Source: Minisyncoccota bacterium (GTDB lineage: Bacteria; Patescibacteriota; Minisyncoccia; Phycocordibacterales; UBA2100). Taken from it: 64,000 bases of DNA. Numbering within the stretch: position 1 is the first letter of the stretch; every line of letters begins with the position of its first letter. Where the stretch lies: NCBI GenBank assembly GCA_965267345.1, contig OZ253947.1, forward strand, positions 202,814-266,813. Direction: 5' to 3'. The translations under genes and the position numbers were made by a program. Of this stretch, positions 36,447-45,374 are shown piece after piece. The notes beneath the pieces were generated by a model. That model worked only from the letters and a program-made list of their open reading frames with translations. It was not told the DNA's origin and did not search any database.

Positions 36447-37037
36447 ATGAACACGCATATAGCAATTGGTGTGATCGGTGGTCTCGTTGTCGGCACAGTG
36501 GCCGCAGCGTGGTTCCTCGCGCCGACGCTTTTTACCGGCACTAACAGTGAATCTATGACATTGACGCTCACCACTGAGGCCTTTGCACACAATGGCTCTA
36601 TTCCGCCCGCGTACACCTGTGACGGTGACCGATCTCGGCACCCCGAGATGACCATCTCGGGTATCCCAGATGCAACGGTCTCGCTGGTACTGCTCATGGA
36701 TGACCCTGATATTCCGCAGGTCTTTAAAGAGCAGCGTGGTATTGAGGCGTTCGACCACTGGGTCCTCTTTAATATCCCGCCGACAACGTCGCGCATTACT
36801 CCCGATGCGCCTGTGGGGACGCTCGGCGTCAACAGCGCGGGTGATACGGGTTACACGGGGCCGTGCCCACCGCCTGAGTATGAGCCGACTGAGCACCGCT
36901 ACATCTTTACCCTCTACGCTCTTGATACTGAACTGGCGCTTGAGGCAGGTGCAACTAAGCACGAGGTACTCGAAGCACTACAGGGGCACGTCATTGAACA
37001 GGCAGAGCTCATCGGCCGCTATGACCGAGCAGAATAG
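36447..37037 (+). CDS. PEBP-family (YbhB/YbcL, Raf-kinase-inhibitor-like) protein with N-terminal membrane anchor
   Basis: DPDIP...FDHWVLFNIP...GPCPP...HRYIFTLYAL are PEBP signature motifs. Confidence 0.85.
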   Translation: MNTHIAIGVIGGLVVGTVAAAWFLAPTLFTGTNSESMTLTLTTEAFAHNGSIPPAYTCDGDRSRHPEMTISGIPDATVSLVLLMDDPDIPQVFKEQRGIEAFDHWVLFNIPPTTSRITPDAPVGTLGVNSAGDTGYTGPCPPPEYEPTEHRYIFTLYALDTELALEAGATKHEVLEALQGHVIEQAELIGRYDRAE

Positions 37038-37272
37038 GACAGTACACGTCAAAGTGTTTCCTGACGCAAAGAAAGAGCGCGTGCTCGAAGTGCAGCCGTG
37101 GACGTTTGAAATCTATGTGCGCGAGCCCGCCCAGCATAATTTGGCGAACAGTCGTGTGCGCGAGTGCGTTGCCGAGCATTTTAATGTTCCGCTGACTCAC
37201 GTTACAATTGAGACAGGACATCGGGCGCGCAAGAAGCGACTGACCGTGCAGATGCCCGACGTTATTACTTAG
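37021..37272 (+). CDS. DUF167 (YggU-family) protein
   Basis: RTVHVKVFPDAKKERVLEV...EIYVREPAQHNLANSRVRECVAEHFNVPLTHVTIETGHRARKKRLTV. Overlaps the PEBP gene end by 17 nt in another frame. The track shows it only as the tail of a longer spurious ORF. Confidence 0.65.
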   Translation: MTEQNRTVHVKVFPDAKKERVLEVQPWTFEIYVREPAQHNLANSRVRECVAEHFNVPLTHVTIETGHRARKKRLTVQMPDVIT

Positions 37273-37282
37273 TACAATCACT

Positions 37283-37648
37283 ATGATGCATATTGACTTT
37301 AAGACGCGTAACACGGAACTCACCGATGAGATTCAGCAGTACGCTGAAACGAAGATTGAGAATTTGACCAAGCTGCTGCAGAACATTGACGAGGAGAACA
37401 TGCGCGCGGAGGTAGAGCTGACGCGCAGCAATGAGCACCAGAGCGGTGATGTCTTCCGTGCTGACATTACGATTCACGCGCCACGCGAGCGTACGCACGC
37501 GGTTGGCCATGGCGAGTCATTTAATGCGGCACTCGATCAGGCGCACGATGATCTCTCGCGCCGGCTTCGTCGCGAAAAAGGGAAGCGTACCGACATGTTC
37601 CGTCGTGGAGCTGCACGCATTAAGGAAATGGTGCGCTTTTGGGAATAG
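37283..37648 (+). CDS. hpf: Ribosome hibernation promoting factor / RaiA (short form)
   Basis: MHIDFKTRNTELTDEIQQYAETKIENL...ADITIHAP...HAVGHGESFNAALDQAHDDLSRRLRR is the S30AE family. Confidence 0.85.
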   Translation: MMHIDFKTRNTELTDEIQQYAETKIENLTKLLQNIDEENMRAEVELTRSNEHQSGDVFRADITIHAPRERTHAVGHGESFNAALDQAHDDLSRRLRREKGKRTDMFRRGAARIKEMVRFWE

Positions 37649-37701
37649 TGCTGCAAGCTGTGAGCTCTGGGCACTGAGCTGTGAGTGCTGAGCTATGAGT
37701 G

Positions 37702-38559
37702 CTATGCACGTACGAATTGGGTGTAGGGCATGCGCTGTTTGCCTTCGGGAATCACTTCGTCAATGACGAAGTGATTTTCGTTTTCTAGATGCGCGGCAGC
37801 GATTTTTACGCGCGTACCGTCGTCAGCAAAGAAGTACACGCCCGGCCAGCTGTCGTAGGCGCAAAACTTGAGCATGTTGGTGTAGCCGTCGTCATTGAGG
37901 TTTATTTCCCCGTCTTCTTTTTTGAATAATTTTGAGTAGGTTGCTGCCTCGTGGTCTTGCTCCTGCGGGGCGATGGTGCCCGCGAGGTGCGGTGGAATGG
38001 TTTCGGCAAGCAGTGTACCGCCGATGGAAAAGAGTGTGTGTTCAAGGTCGGTGCCTGACATTGGCCAGTGCTCGGGTGTACACAGTTCCTGTGCGAGAAT
38101 CGGGCCGTGATCCATTTCCTCATCAAGGAGCATCACGGTAACGCCCAGTGCGTCGTCATTGTTGAGAATGCCGGTGCGCACGGGTGACGGCCCGCGCCAT
38201 TTTGGTAATAGTGACGGGTGCACGTTGAGCGTGCCGTGGTTTGGTATGTCGAGCAGTGTTTTCGGCAGGATTTTGCCGTACGCGACGACGACAAAGAGTG
38301 TGTTGCTATAGTCGGCAACGTGGTCGTTGATGGCAGCGATCGCGTCTGCATCAATTTTTTGAGGCTGCAGTGTGGGAATGCCGTGTTCGTCGGCCCAGCG
38401 TTTAACGGGAGGCGGGGTGAGCTGCATACCGCGCCCGACGGGTTTGTCGGGTGCAGTGATGATGAGTGTCGGCACGATGCCTGCCGCGTGCAGTGCATCG
38501 AGTACGATGACTGAGAGGTGTGGTGTGCCAAAAAAGACGAGTGCGGTATCTGAATGCAT
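37702..38559 (-). CDS. fmt: Methionyl-tRNA formyltransferase
   Basis: LVFFGTP, HNHG-like NVHPSLLPKWRGPSP and a C-terminal Fmt domain. Start MHSDTALVFFGTP. Confidence 0.9.
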   Translation of the reverse strand: MHSDTALVFFGTPHLSVIVLDALHAAGIVPTLIITAPDKPVGRGMQLTPPPVKRWADEHGIPTLQPQKIDADAIAAINDHVADYSNTLFVVVAYGKILPKTLLDIPNHGTLNVHPSLLPKWRGPSPVRTGILNNDDALGVTVMLLDEEMDHGPILAQELCTPEHWPMSGTDLEHTLFSIGGTLLAETIPPHLAGTIAPQEQDHEAATYSKLFKKEDGEINLNDDGYTNMLKFCAYDSWPGVYFFADDGTRVKIAAAHLENENHFVIDEVIPEGKQRMPYTQFVRA

Positions 38560-38746
38560 GAGAGATGTATTAAAAAGTGGGGAGAGGAGCTGCGAGCCAA
38601 GGAGGAACACGCCGCGCTCAACTCTCCCCGCCGACAGGGCTGTGCCCCGTCGGCCTCACGCCCGCCCGTTATTATTCCGTCGGAACCTAGGCGACGTTTA
38701 CGGCGCGCGTGGTGCAACCTGCCACTAGTATAGCAAAAAGAGGTGC

Positions 38747-38970
38747 GCGCCGGCGACTCGGGAAGGGGAATTGAGTCGCCGGCGCGCTTGTCGAGCAATG
38801 TCAGCGCCACACGCTTTGGATACACGGACGGCGCGCCATGCTCGACAATCGCGCGCGTCTGCGGGGCAATACTACGCGCGATTCGCAACTGATGCGTAGC
38901 CTAGCACTCTCAGCGCAAAATAGAAAGCGCCGCGAACGGCGACTCGAGAAGTCGGGAGGTTCGCGGCGCT
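38747..38970. repeat. Two related GC-rich perfect hairpins (REP/MITE-like) inside the def-fmt spacer
   Basis: H1 at 38747-38785: GCGCCGGCGACTC, 13-nt loop, GAGTCGCCGGCGC. H2 at 38926-38970: AGCGCCGCGAAC, 21-nt loop, GTTCGCGGCGCT. Both share GGCGACTCG(G/A)GAAG. Further hairpins lie at 38579-38630 and 38631-38648. Confidence 0.4.
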
Positions 38971-39085
38971 ACGCACGGTCGTGGCATTCGACAGACCGCT
39001 GTGCGATTACAGCAAAGACCGTTGCACACCAGTAACACGATGGTTAACAGATCTCGGGGGAAACCTGCGTGCTCGGTCGGTGCCG

Positions 39086-39646
39086 CTACGACGGAAGCAT
39101 AGCAGAATCACTTGTCGCTTCAAGCGGTCGCATATCGTCGTCGACATCGAGGACTTCTCGGGCGTGGTCAATGTAGAGAATGCCGTTGAGGTGGTCAATT
39201 TCGTGTTGGAAAATGCGTGCGAGAAATCCTGCGGCATTGCGTTGCTGCGTTTGCCCGTGCGCATCGGTGTAGTGAATCGTCACCTTTTCGGCGCGATCAA
39301 CTTTAGTGCCGTACTTTCGCGGTACCGACAGACACCCCTCGTCGCCGGTGATCTGCTTTTTCGATGCACGGACAATCTCGGGATTGATGTAGATCTCGTC
39401 AGGGTGTGCAGCTTCGTCGTACTCTTCATTGCGTACGTAAGCGGCGATGGATCCGGCGACGATGAACATCCGCAACGGCACGCCAATTTGTGGGGCGGCA
39501 ATTGCCACACCAAAACGCTCGTCGTGAAGGTTCTTCTGCATGGTCGCAATAATATCCTGCAGCGCCGGACTCTGCAGTTGGCTCAGATCAACCGCCTCGG
39601 CTGTCTGCCGGAGTACGGGGGTGTCGATGGCGACAATGTCACTCAT
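39086..39646 (-). CDS. def: Peptide deformylase
   Basis: GVAIAAPQIG, EGCLSVP and QHEIDHLNG, the three PDF motifs. Start MSDIVAIDTPVL. Confidence 0.9.
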   Translation of the reverse strand: MSDIVAIDTPVLRQTAEAVDLSQLQSPALQDIIATMQKNLHDERFGVAIAAPQIGVPLRMFIVAGSIAAYVRNEEYDEAAHPDEIYINPEIVRASKKQITGDEGCLSVPRKYGTKVDRAEKVTIHYTDAHGQTQQRNAAGFLARIFQHEIDHLNGILYIDHAREVLDVDDDMRPLEATSDSAMLPS

Positions 39647-39658
39647 GGGCAGACTATA
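39647..39658 (-). promoter_or_regulatory. -10 TATAGT 6 nt upstream of def ATG (leaderless)
   Basis: Minus strand: TTTTCA, 17 nt, TATAGT, CTGCCC, ATG. Confidence 0.4.
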
Positions 39659-39724
39659 CCCCGATAGTGCTGCGCTGAAAAGCATCTATCGCGCTGAAAA
39701 CTGCCAGCTCGAGATGCCGACACA

Positions 39725-41629
39725 CTAGAGGGTGCGCTCAGGGTTGACATCAACGGAAAACGACGGCGGCAGTGCGCGCAAAATGGCAACTAACTGTTCA
39801 TCAGGCCATGCGTGTTCGGGAATGCGAATGAGGGCATGCAGCGCCTGTCCGCGGCCGCGATCGACAAATGCAGAAAATACGCGGGGCTTGTAACGCGCGA
39901 CCGCCTCAACGAAACGTTGCATGTCGCGGATGATCGCGGCGCGCGACCCCTCACACGTCACTTTGATGAGGTGGGTGTAGGGCGGGTAACGCAGTTGCTC
40001 GCGCACTTCCAACTCGCCGCGTGCGTACTCGGCAATGTTGCCTTGTGTGGCATATTTGAGCATGGCATTGCGCGTGTTGGTGGTTTCGATAAGTAGGGTG
40101 TCGGTCGTGCGTTCTTTAAGCGTTACAATCAGGCCAAAGAGCTTCTCTTCAATACGAAAGTCGGGGATACACAGTAGCGAATCGATCGAGCTGATGACGG
40201 TGCATGTTGCATCAGTCGTGAGGTAGCCGAGTGCCATTTCGGTGCCGACGAGAATAGCACCTGAGCTGGCGGCGTAGTCGTCGGCCACCTGCTGTGCTTC
40301 CCGTTGATTTTTTACACTATCACTACTGAGGACGAACAGCGGTGCATCGGGAAATGCCTGCCGGATGCGCTCAGTAACGCGCTCAATGCCGACGCCCAGC
40401 GGCATCAGGTTCCAGCTGTCGCAGGAGACGCAGCGCTCGTGGGCGTCGCGCGATTGGCCGCAGCGATGACAGAGAAAGACCCGTTCAGTGCCTTTCGTGT
40501 GCAGTACCACGGGAGCCGAGCAGTGTGCACACGCAACAGTGGTCCCGCAGTCGCGGCAGACGGTCTGCGCTGAAATGCCACGGCGTGCGGCAAATACAAA
40601 GGCAGTGCCACCGTCGCGCACTGCGCGCTCAATGCAGGCAAGGGCATCGGGTGAGAGTACGGGGAAGTCTTCTTTTGCTTCTTGTGCGGCAGTGCGTACC
40701 GCGGCGATATCAATGAGCGTCGTTTTCGTACGCGTGCGAAAGCGACTCGCGTGCTCTTCGAGTTCGTGGGCGTGGCCGGTATAGAGTTCGCGCTGTCCCC
40801 TGAGCCCCACAACCGTGTCGGCGACCACGAGCGATGCTTTGAGTGCCTGCGCGAGGTGTTCAATGAAGACGCGCGCATCAATAAACGGGCGCGTCATTTG
40901 TTTGTACACCGATGCCATTTCGCGCTCGATGATGAACATGCCGATGTCGGCACGCGGAATACTGGTGCACAGTGGTGTTGCGATAATCAGGACGGGATGC
41001 GGCTCGTTGAGAATCGCGTCCCACGTTTCGAGGAGCTGCTTTTTCGTCTTTGAACTGTCGAGGACGAACGTGTACTTCTCAATGCCGCGTTCGTAGTAGC
41101 GCCGCAGAGCGTGTGCTTCACGTGCACTCGGCACGACAATGTACACCGAGCGCTTCCGCGCAAAGACACCGCGAATGATCGGTTTGTACTTTTCCACGCG
41201 CTCGCGCCACGGCAGCTGCAGAATGAGTTTTTCAAAGGTGCCGGCCGGTGCGGATGCAGTGATGGCGTTGGGCGGTGTGTGGTCGCCGCTGCGCGCTCGC
41301 TCGAGTACGGCAGCCGGTATGAAGGCGCGAATGACGCTGCCGGTTGAGGTGGCAAAGTAGTCGGCGGACGCGCGTGCGGCGGCGATAAACTCAGGGGTAA
41401 AGCAGTGGTGCGGTTTCTGCGCACGAATTTTGCGCGTTTCGTACATGTTGGTGCGCAAAATTGATTTAATGGCCCGCGCATCTTCGTGCTCGACGACGAG
41501 CGCCGGTACCTCGCGCTTGCGCAGTGGCACCATCACGATGGAACCGATCGGGTACATTTCGGCCGAGAAGTAGGAGAGTCGGTCGGGACCGTTTCCTTTA
41601 ACGATAGGGGTGACGTGCAGGATCATCAT
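39725..41629 (-). CDS. priA: PriA-like primosomal protein N' homologue with degenerate Walker A
   Basis: 634 aa. N-terminal 3'-DNA-binding-like region. A CxxC...CxxC...CxxC...CxxC zinc-binding region (CRDCGTTVACAHCS...CHRCGQS...CVSCDS). PriA-type C-terminal domain. Where GVTGSGKT is expected the sequence is GVFARKRS. The gene order priA-def-fmt is conserved. Confidence 0.75.
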   Translation of the reverse strand: MMILHVTPIVKGNGPDRLSYFSAEMYPIGSIVMVPLRKREVPALVVEHEDARAIKSILRTNMYETRKIRAQKPHHCFTPEFIAAARASADYFATSTGSVIRAFIPAAVLERARSGDHTPPNAITASAPAGTFEKLILQLPWRERVEKYKPIIRGVFARKRSVYIVVPSAREAHALRRYYERGIEKYTFVLDSSKTKKQLLETWDAILNEPHPVLIIATPLCTSIPRADIGMFIIEREMASVYKQMTRPFIDARVFIEHLAQALKASLVVADTVVGLRGQRELYTGHAHELEEHASRFRTRTKTTLIDIAAVRTAAQEAKEDFPVLSPDALACIERAVRDGGTAFVFAARRGISAQTVCRDCGTTVACAHCSAPVVLHTKGTERVFLCHRCGQSRDAHERCVSCDSWNLMPLGVGIERVTERIRQAFPDAPLFVLSSDSVKNQREAQQVADDYAASSGAILVGTEMALGYLTTDATCTVISSIDSLLCIPDFRIEEKLFGLIVTLKERTTDTLLIETTNTRNAMLKYATQGNIAEYARGELEVREQLRYPPYTHLIKVTCEGSRAAIIRDMQRFVEAVARYKPRVFSAFVDRGRGQALHALIRIPEHAWPDEQLVAILRALPPSFSVDVNPERTL

Positions 41630-41730
41630 TGCGCACTAGCATACCGTGATCGCGGCGCTGAGGCCACTGTGCGTTTTTACTGTTGCGCGATATCAGATAT
41701 GAGATAGTATAGACGCTACGTTTACTCTGC

Positions 41731-43245
41731 ATGGCAGCTGATGCATACAAAAAAATAGGACTCCTCATTCGAGAGCTGCGACGACAACGCGGACTGACGC
41801 AACGCGCATTTGCCCAAGCGCTGAACACGTCGCAGTCCGCTGTTGCGCGTATGGAAAAGGGTGAGCAAAACCTTTCAACGGCACAACTGCTCAAAATTAG
41901 CGACGTGCTCCATCACAGCATTCTCGGTATTAAAGAGGGTGTTGATTTTCAAATTGAAGGGGGCTCGAAGCTTCGCGGCAGTGCGGTGACAAACACATCA
42001 AAGAACGGTGCACTGGCACTGATGTGCGCCGCACTGCTCAACCGCGGTACCACGACGATCCACGGTATTCCACGCATTGAAGAGATTTACCGCATGATCG
42101 AGGTCTTTAAGAGTATCGGTGTCGGGCTTGAATCACTCGACCGCACGACCTTGCGCATTACACCGCCAAAGAGCTTTCGAGTGTCAGGTATCAACAAGCA
42201 GTCGGCACAAAAGATGCGCTCGGTGCTGATGCTCATCGGCGCACTGGTGCACCAGAAAACGTCGTTTGCGCTGCCGCATGCCGGTGGGTGCAACATGGGT
42301 GAGCGTACGATTGCGGCGCATCGGCACGCGCTTGAGCAGTTTGGTATCAAAATCAAAACAGAAGACGAACAGTACACCATCTCGCACCGCCGACTACGCA
42401 CGGCTGAAATTATCATGTACGAGGCAAGTGACACCGCGGCAATTAACGCACTGATGGCTGCGGCACTGATTCCCGGTACTACAACGATTAAGTATGCACC
42501 ACCCAACTATCAGGTGCAGGACGTCTGTTTTTTGCTCGAGCAGTTTGGCGTGCAGATTGAGGGTATCGGCACGACCACACTCACCGTGCACGGTGTTGAG
42601 GAGATCAATAGGGACGTCGAGCACTACAACAGTGAAGATCCGATTGAATCGATGATGTTCATCAGTGCCGCCGCCGTTACGGGCTCAAAGCTCACCATTA
42701 AGCGCAGCCCGATTGATTTTCTCGAAATCGAGCTGCTCAAACTCTCGTATATGGGGCTCAAGTATGAGAATAGCGATGTATACTTTGCAAAAAACGGGCG
42801 GACGCGACTCGTGGACATTACCGTGTTCCCCTCTGAGTTGAAAGCTTCACCCGTTAAGATTCACCCGCTGCCATACCCCGGACTCAACATCGACAACTTG
42901 CCGTTCTTTGTGCCGATTGCCACACAGGCAAAGGGAACGACACTGATTCACGACTGGGCGTGGGAAGGGCGCGCATTGTACTTTACCGAACTCAATCGAC
43001 TTGGTGCGGACGTGCGTATTGCCGACCCGCATCGCGTATTCGTAACTGGGCCGACTGATTTGCGCGCTGCACAGATGGTGTGTCCACCCGCACTGCGGCC
43101 GGCGATGGTGGTACTCATCGGCATGCTCGCCGCCGAAGGCACATCGGTGCTCCGCAATGTGTACTCAATTGAGCGTGGCTATGAACGTATTGCCGAGCGA
43201 CTCTCAGAAATCGGTGCACGTATTGAAATCATCAGCGATTTTTAG
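41731..43245 (+). CDS. murA: UDP-N-acetylglucosamine 1-carboxyvinyltransferase fused to N-terminal XRE-type HTH domain
   Basis: Residues 1-70 are an HTH (LTQRAFAQALNTSQSAVARMEKGEQNLS). The remainder is MurA with the catalytic Cys in LPHAGGCNMG and EPSP-synthase fold repeats. Total 504 aa. Confidence 0.85.
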   Translation: MAADAYKKIGLLIRELRRQRGLTQRAFAQALNTSQSAVARMEKGEQNLSTAQLLKISDVLHHSILGIKEGVDFQIEGGSKLRGSAVTNTSKNGALALMCAALLNRGTTTIHGIPRIEEIYRMIEVFKSIGVGLESLDRTTLRITPPKSFRVSGINKQSAQKMRSVLMLIGALVHQKTSFALPHAGGCNMGERTIAAHRHALEQFGIKIKTEDEQYTISHRRLRTAEIIMYEASDTAAINALMAAALIPGTTTIKYAPPNYQVQDVCFLLEQFGVQIEGIGTTTLTVHGVEEINRDVEHYNSEDPIESMMFISAAAVTGSKLTIKRSPIDFLEIELLKLSYMGLKYENSDVYFAKNGRTRLVDITVFPSELKASPVKIHPLPYPGLNIDNLPFFVPIATQAKGTTLIHDWAWEGRALYFTELNRLGADVRIADPHRVFVTGPTDLRAAQMVCPPALRPAMVVLIGMLAAEGTSVLRNVYSIERGYERIAERLSEIGARIEIISDF

Positions 43246-43266
43246 CTCCACCTAGCTACGTACAAA

Positions 43267-43292
43267 CCGCTATTTTGGCGTCAAAATAGCGG
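43267..43292. terminator. Bidirectional terminator hairpin
   Basis: CCGCTATTTTG-GCGT-CAAAATAGCGG, an 11-bp perfect stem with flanking A and T runs. Confidence 0.6.
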
Positions 43293-43311
43293 CTTAGTGG
43301 TTTTGTGGCGG

Positions 43312-44067
43312 CTACAAATCGAGACCGAGAGTAATGCGAAACACGTGCTCGCCATCGCGCACAAGAATGGCTGTTGGGTCATCAGGGGTGAGTGTGAAGA
43401 TCGGCATACCACCCTTGTACAGTGGCTGGAAGTTTTGTGTGTCGCCCACATGCGTGTCGAGGGCAAAAATGCCATTACTGACGGCAACGATGACGGTATC
43501 GTCGCGTCGTGGGTACCACGCGACTCCGCGCACAGGTGTTACGGCATTTAAGACGCGTCGCGTGTCATCGCCGTCACGCACGAACACGGCCGAACCCTGC
43601 AGCCAAAGTGCGGCGCCGGTGTCGGAGTGTATACGCGGACTCTGTGCTGTAGGCGGTGTGGCTGTTGCGAAGAGCTCCTGTGCGCGCACAAAGAGCGGTT
43701 CGTCAGTGCTGACAACAGTGCCGATAGGATCTTTAGCTATCTGCAGCGGTGCGAGCTGCTGCTCAGCACCCAGTGTTGCCTGGAACGTGCTGATCCACGG
43801 CCATGCAGCATCGTGGGCAACGAGAATATCGTGTGCACCAGCATGGAGCCCGCGAATACGGACACTCGTTGTGTCGGCAGGAACGGACACTCGTTTTTCA
43901 TTATCGATGTAAATATCGCTGCCGGCGCGGGCATCTACAATAGTGAGTGTGGCCCCTTTGGCGATCGACATACCTGAAAAAACGTATCCCGCATAGTTCA
44001 GGGCACCAACAGCCAGCGCGATCACCAGAGCAATCGCGGCGGCACCAAGTATGCGCATGCGTGTCAT
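43312..44067 (-). CDS. Membrane-anchored secreted hypothetical protein
   Basis: Start MTRMRILGAAAIALVIALAVGAL (signal anchor), then a ~220-aa beta-rich domain. Confidence 0.55.
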   Translation of the reverse strand: MTRMRILGAAAIALVIALAVGALNYAGYVFSGMSIAKGATLTIVDARAGSDIYIDNEKRVSVPADTTSVRIRGLHAGAHDILVAHDAAWPWISTFQATLGAEQQLAPLQIAKDPIGTVVSTDEPLFVRAQELFATATPPTAQSPRIHSDTGAALWLQGSAVFVRDGDDTRRVLNAVTPVRGVAWYPRRDDTVIVAVSNGIFALDTHVGDTQNFQPLYKGGMPIFTLTPDDPTAILVRDGEHVFRITLGLDL

Positions 44068-44163
44068 CGCGCGAATTAAAGCAAGCACGACAGGCAATTG
44101 CAATGGCTGCGGGCATATGGGGGATAGTGTACACAGACGGATCGATTTTGGTATACTGCAGTT

Positions 44164-44275
44164 GAGCAAGATGGGTCTGCAAGGGGTATCCCTGCCTCCC
44201 CAAAGTCAGCACCCCACCTCTTGCATATCTGTCTTGCTCACCCCCGACCGCCAACACTGGCGGTCGTATTTTTTT
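44164..44275 (+). ncRNA. Candidate small RNA (~112 nt) defined by orphan extended -10 promoter and intrinsic terminator
   Basis: TTTTGGTATACTG (-10 at 44152-44157). No ATG-initiated ORF that stays clear of the terminator. Ends with CGACCGCCA-ACAC-TGGCGGTCG plus T9 at 44245-44275. Internal pairing GAGCAAGA / TCTTGCTC. Confidence 0.3.
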
Positions 44276-44345
44276 CGAGCTTCCCGGCAGGCAGGAGAGC
44301 GCAGTAAAAAAAGCCGTGGTATACTGCCGAGGCTAACAACTGCGT

Positions 44346-45362
44346 ATGGCATTTTCACTCACCCCGAAACTTGGTATTGATCTGGGCACCACGTATACAC
44401 TGGTTTTCGTACCGCATAAAGGGGTCGTACTGCGCGAACCTTCAGTCGTCGCTGTCTCCGAACAGGAAAACAAAATTTTAGCGGTGGGCGATGAGGCCAA
44501 AACAATGATTGGACGTACCCCCGACGACATTGTGGCGTACCGCCCGATGAAAGACGGGGTGATTGCTGACTACCGCGTGACCGAAGCCATGCTGCGCTAC
44601 TACATGCGTAAAGCACTACCGTGGTGGAATATTTTTCGACCCGACGTGATGATTTCAGTGCCGGCCGGCGTTACCTCAGCAGAGCGCCGCGCGGTTATTG
44701 AAGCTGCCGTGAAGGCCGGTGCGAAAAGCGCACACGTGGTAAAGGAGCCCATTTTGGCGGCTATCGGCGCCGGTATTCCGATTCATGAGGCACAGGGGCA
44801 CATGATTGTTGACATTGGTGGTGGCACCACGGACGTGGCGGTGATTTCGCTCGGCGGTATTGTGGCATCGACATCAGTGAAGTGTGCGGGCAACCGCATC
44901 GACGAAGCCATCACGGCGTACATCAAAAAGACATTCAATCTCGCCATTGGTGATAAAACTGCGGAGGATATTAAGATCACCATTGGCTCAGCCATCCCGC
45001 TTGAAGAGGAGCTGACGATGGTGGTGAAAGGGCGCGACTACCTCACGGGGTTGCCGCGCTCAATTGACCTGACGACAAATGAAGTGGTGAAAGCCGTTGG
45101 TCGCGAGTTGCGGGAAATTATTAAGGCTATTCGCGATGTGCTCCAAGACACACCGCCTGAGCTTTCGGCCGACATTATCGACAACGGCATCACCATGTCG
45201 GGCGGTTCGTCGCAACTGCGCAATTTGCCGGAATTAGTGTATCGCCGTACGGGTGTGAAGGCGCACTTGGCTGACGACGCGCTCTTTAGTGTCGCTAAGG
45301 GTACGGGCATTGCGTTGCAGCACCTCGACATCTACAAAAAAGCCATCATTTCAAAGCGCTAG
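44346..45362 (+). CDS. mreB: Rod shape-determining protein MreB (actin homologue), copy 1
   Basis: GIDLGTTYTLVFV, IVDIGGGTTDVAV and SGGSSQLRNLPEL. Preceded by TGGTATACT at 44317-44325. Confidence 0.9.
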   Translation: MAFSLTPKLGIDLGTTYTLVFVPHKGVVLREPSVVAVSEQENKILAVGDEAKTMIGRTPDDIVAYRPMKDGVIADYRVTEAMLRYYMRKALPWWNIFRPDVMISVPAGVTSAERRAVIEAAVKAGAKSAHVVKEPILAAIGAGIPIHEAQGHMIVDIGGGTTDVAVISLGGIVASTSVKCAGNRIDEAITAYIKKTFNLAIGDKTAEDIKITIGSAIPLEEELTMVVKGRDYLTGLPRSIDLTTNEVVKAVGRELREIIKAIRDVLQDTPPELSADIIDNGITMSGGSSQLRNLPELVYRRTGVKAHLADDALFSVAKGTGIALQHLDIYKKAIISKR

Positions 45363-45374
45363 CGCACGCGTCAT

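Noticed and set aside
36670-37272. 200-aa track ORF
   Set aside because: Only the last 84 codons, from ATG 37021, form a plausible gene (DUF167). The upstream part overlaps the PEBP gene out of frame and has a Ser/Arg-rich artefact composition.
38133-38888. 251-aa minus-strand ORF and several plus-strand ORFs (38218-38514, 38372-38728, 38838-39035, 38981-39667) around fmt/def
   Set aside because: They overlap fmt or def in other frames or lie in the hairpin-rich spacer. Their Arg/Ala/Ser-rich low-complexity products are GC-frame artefacts.
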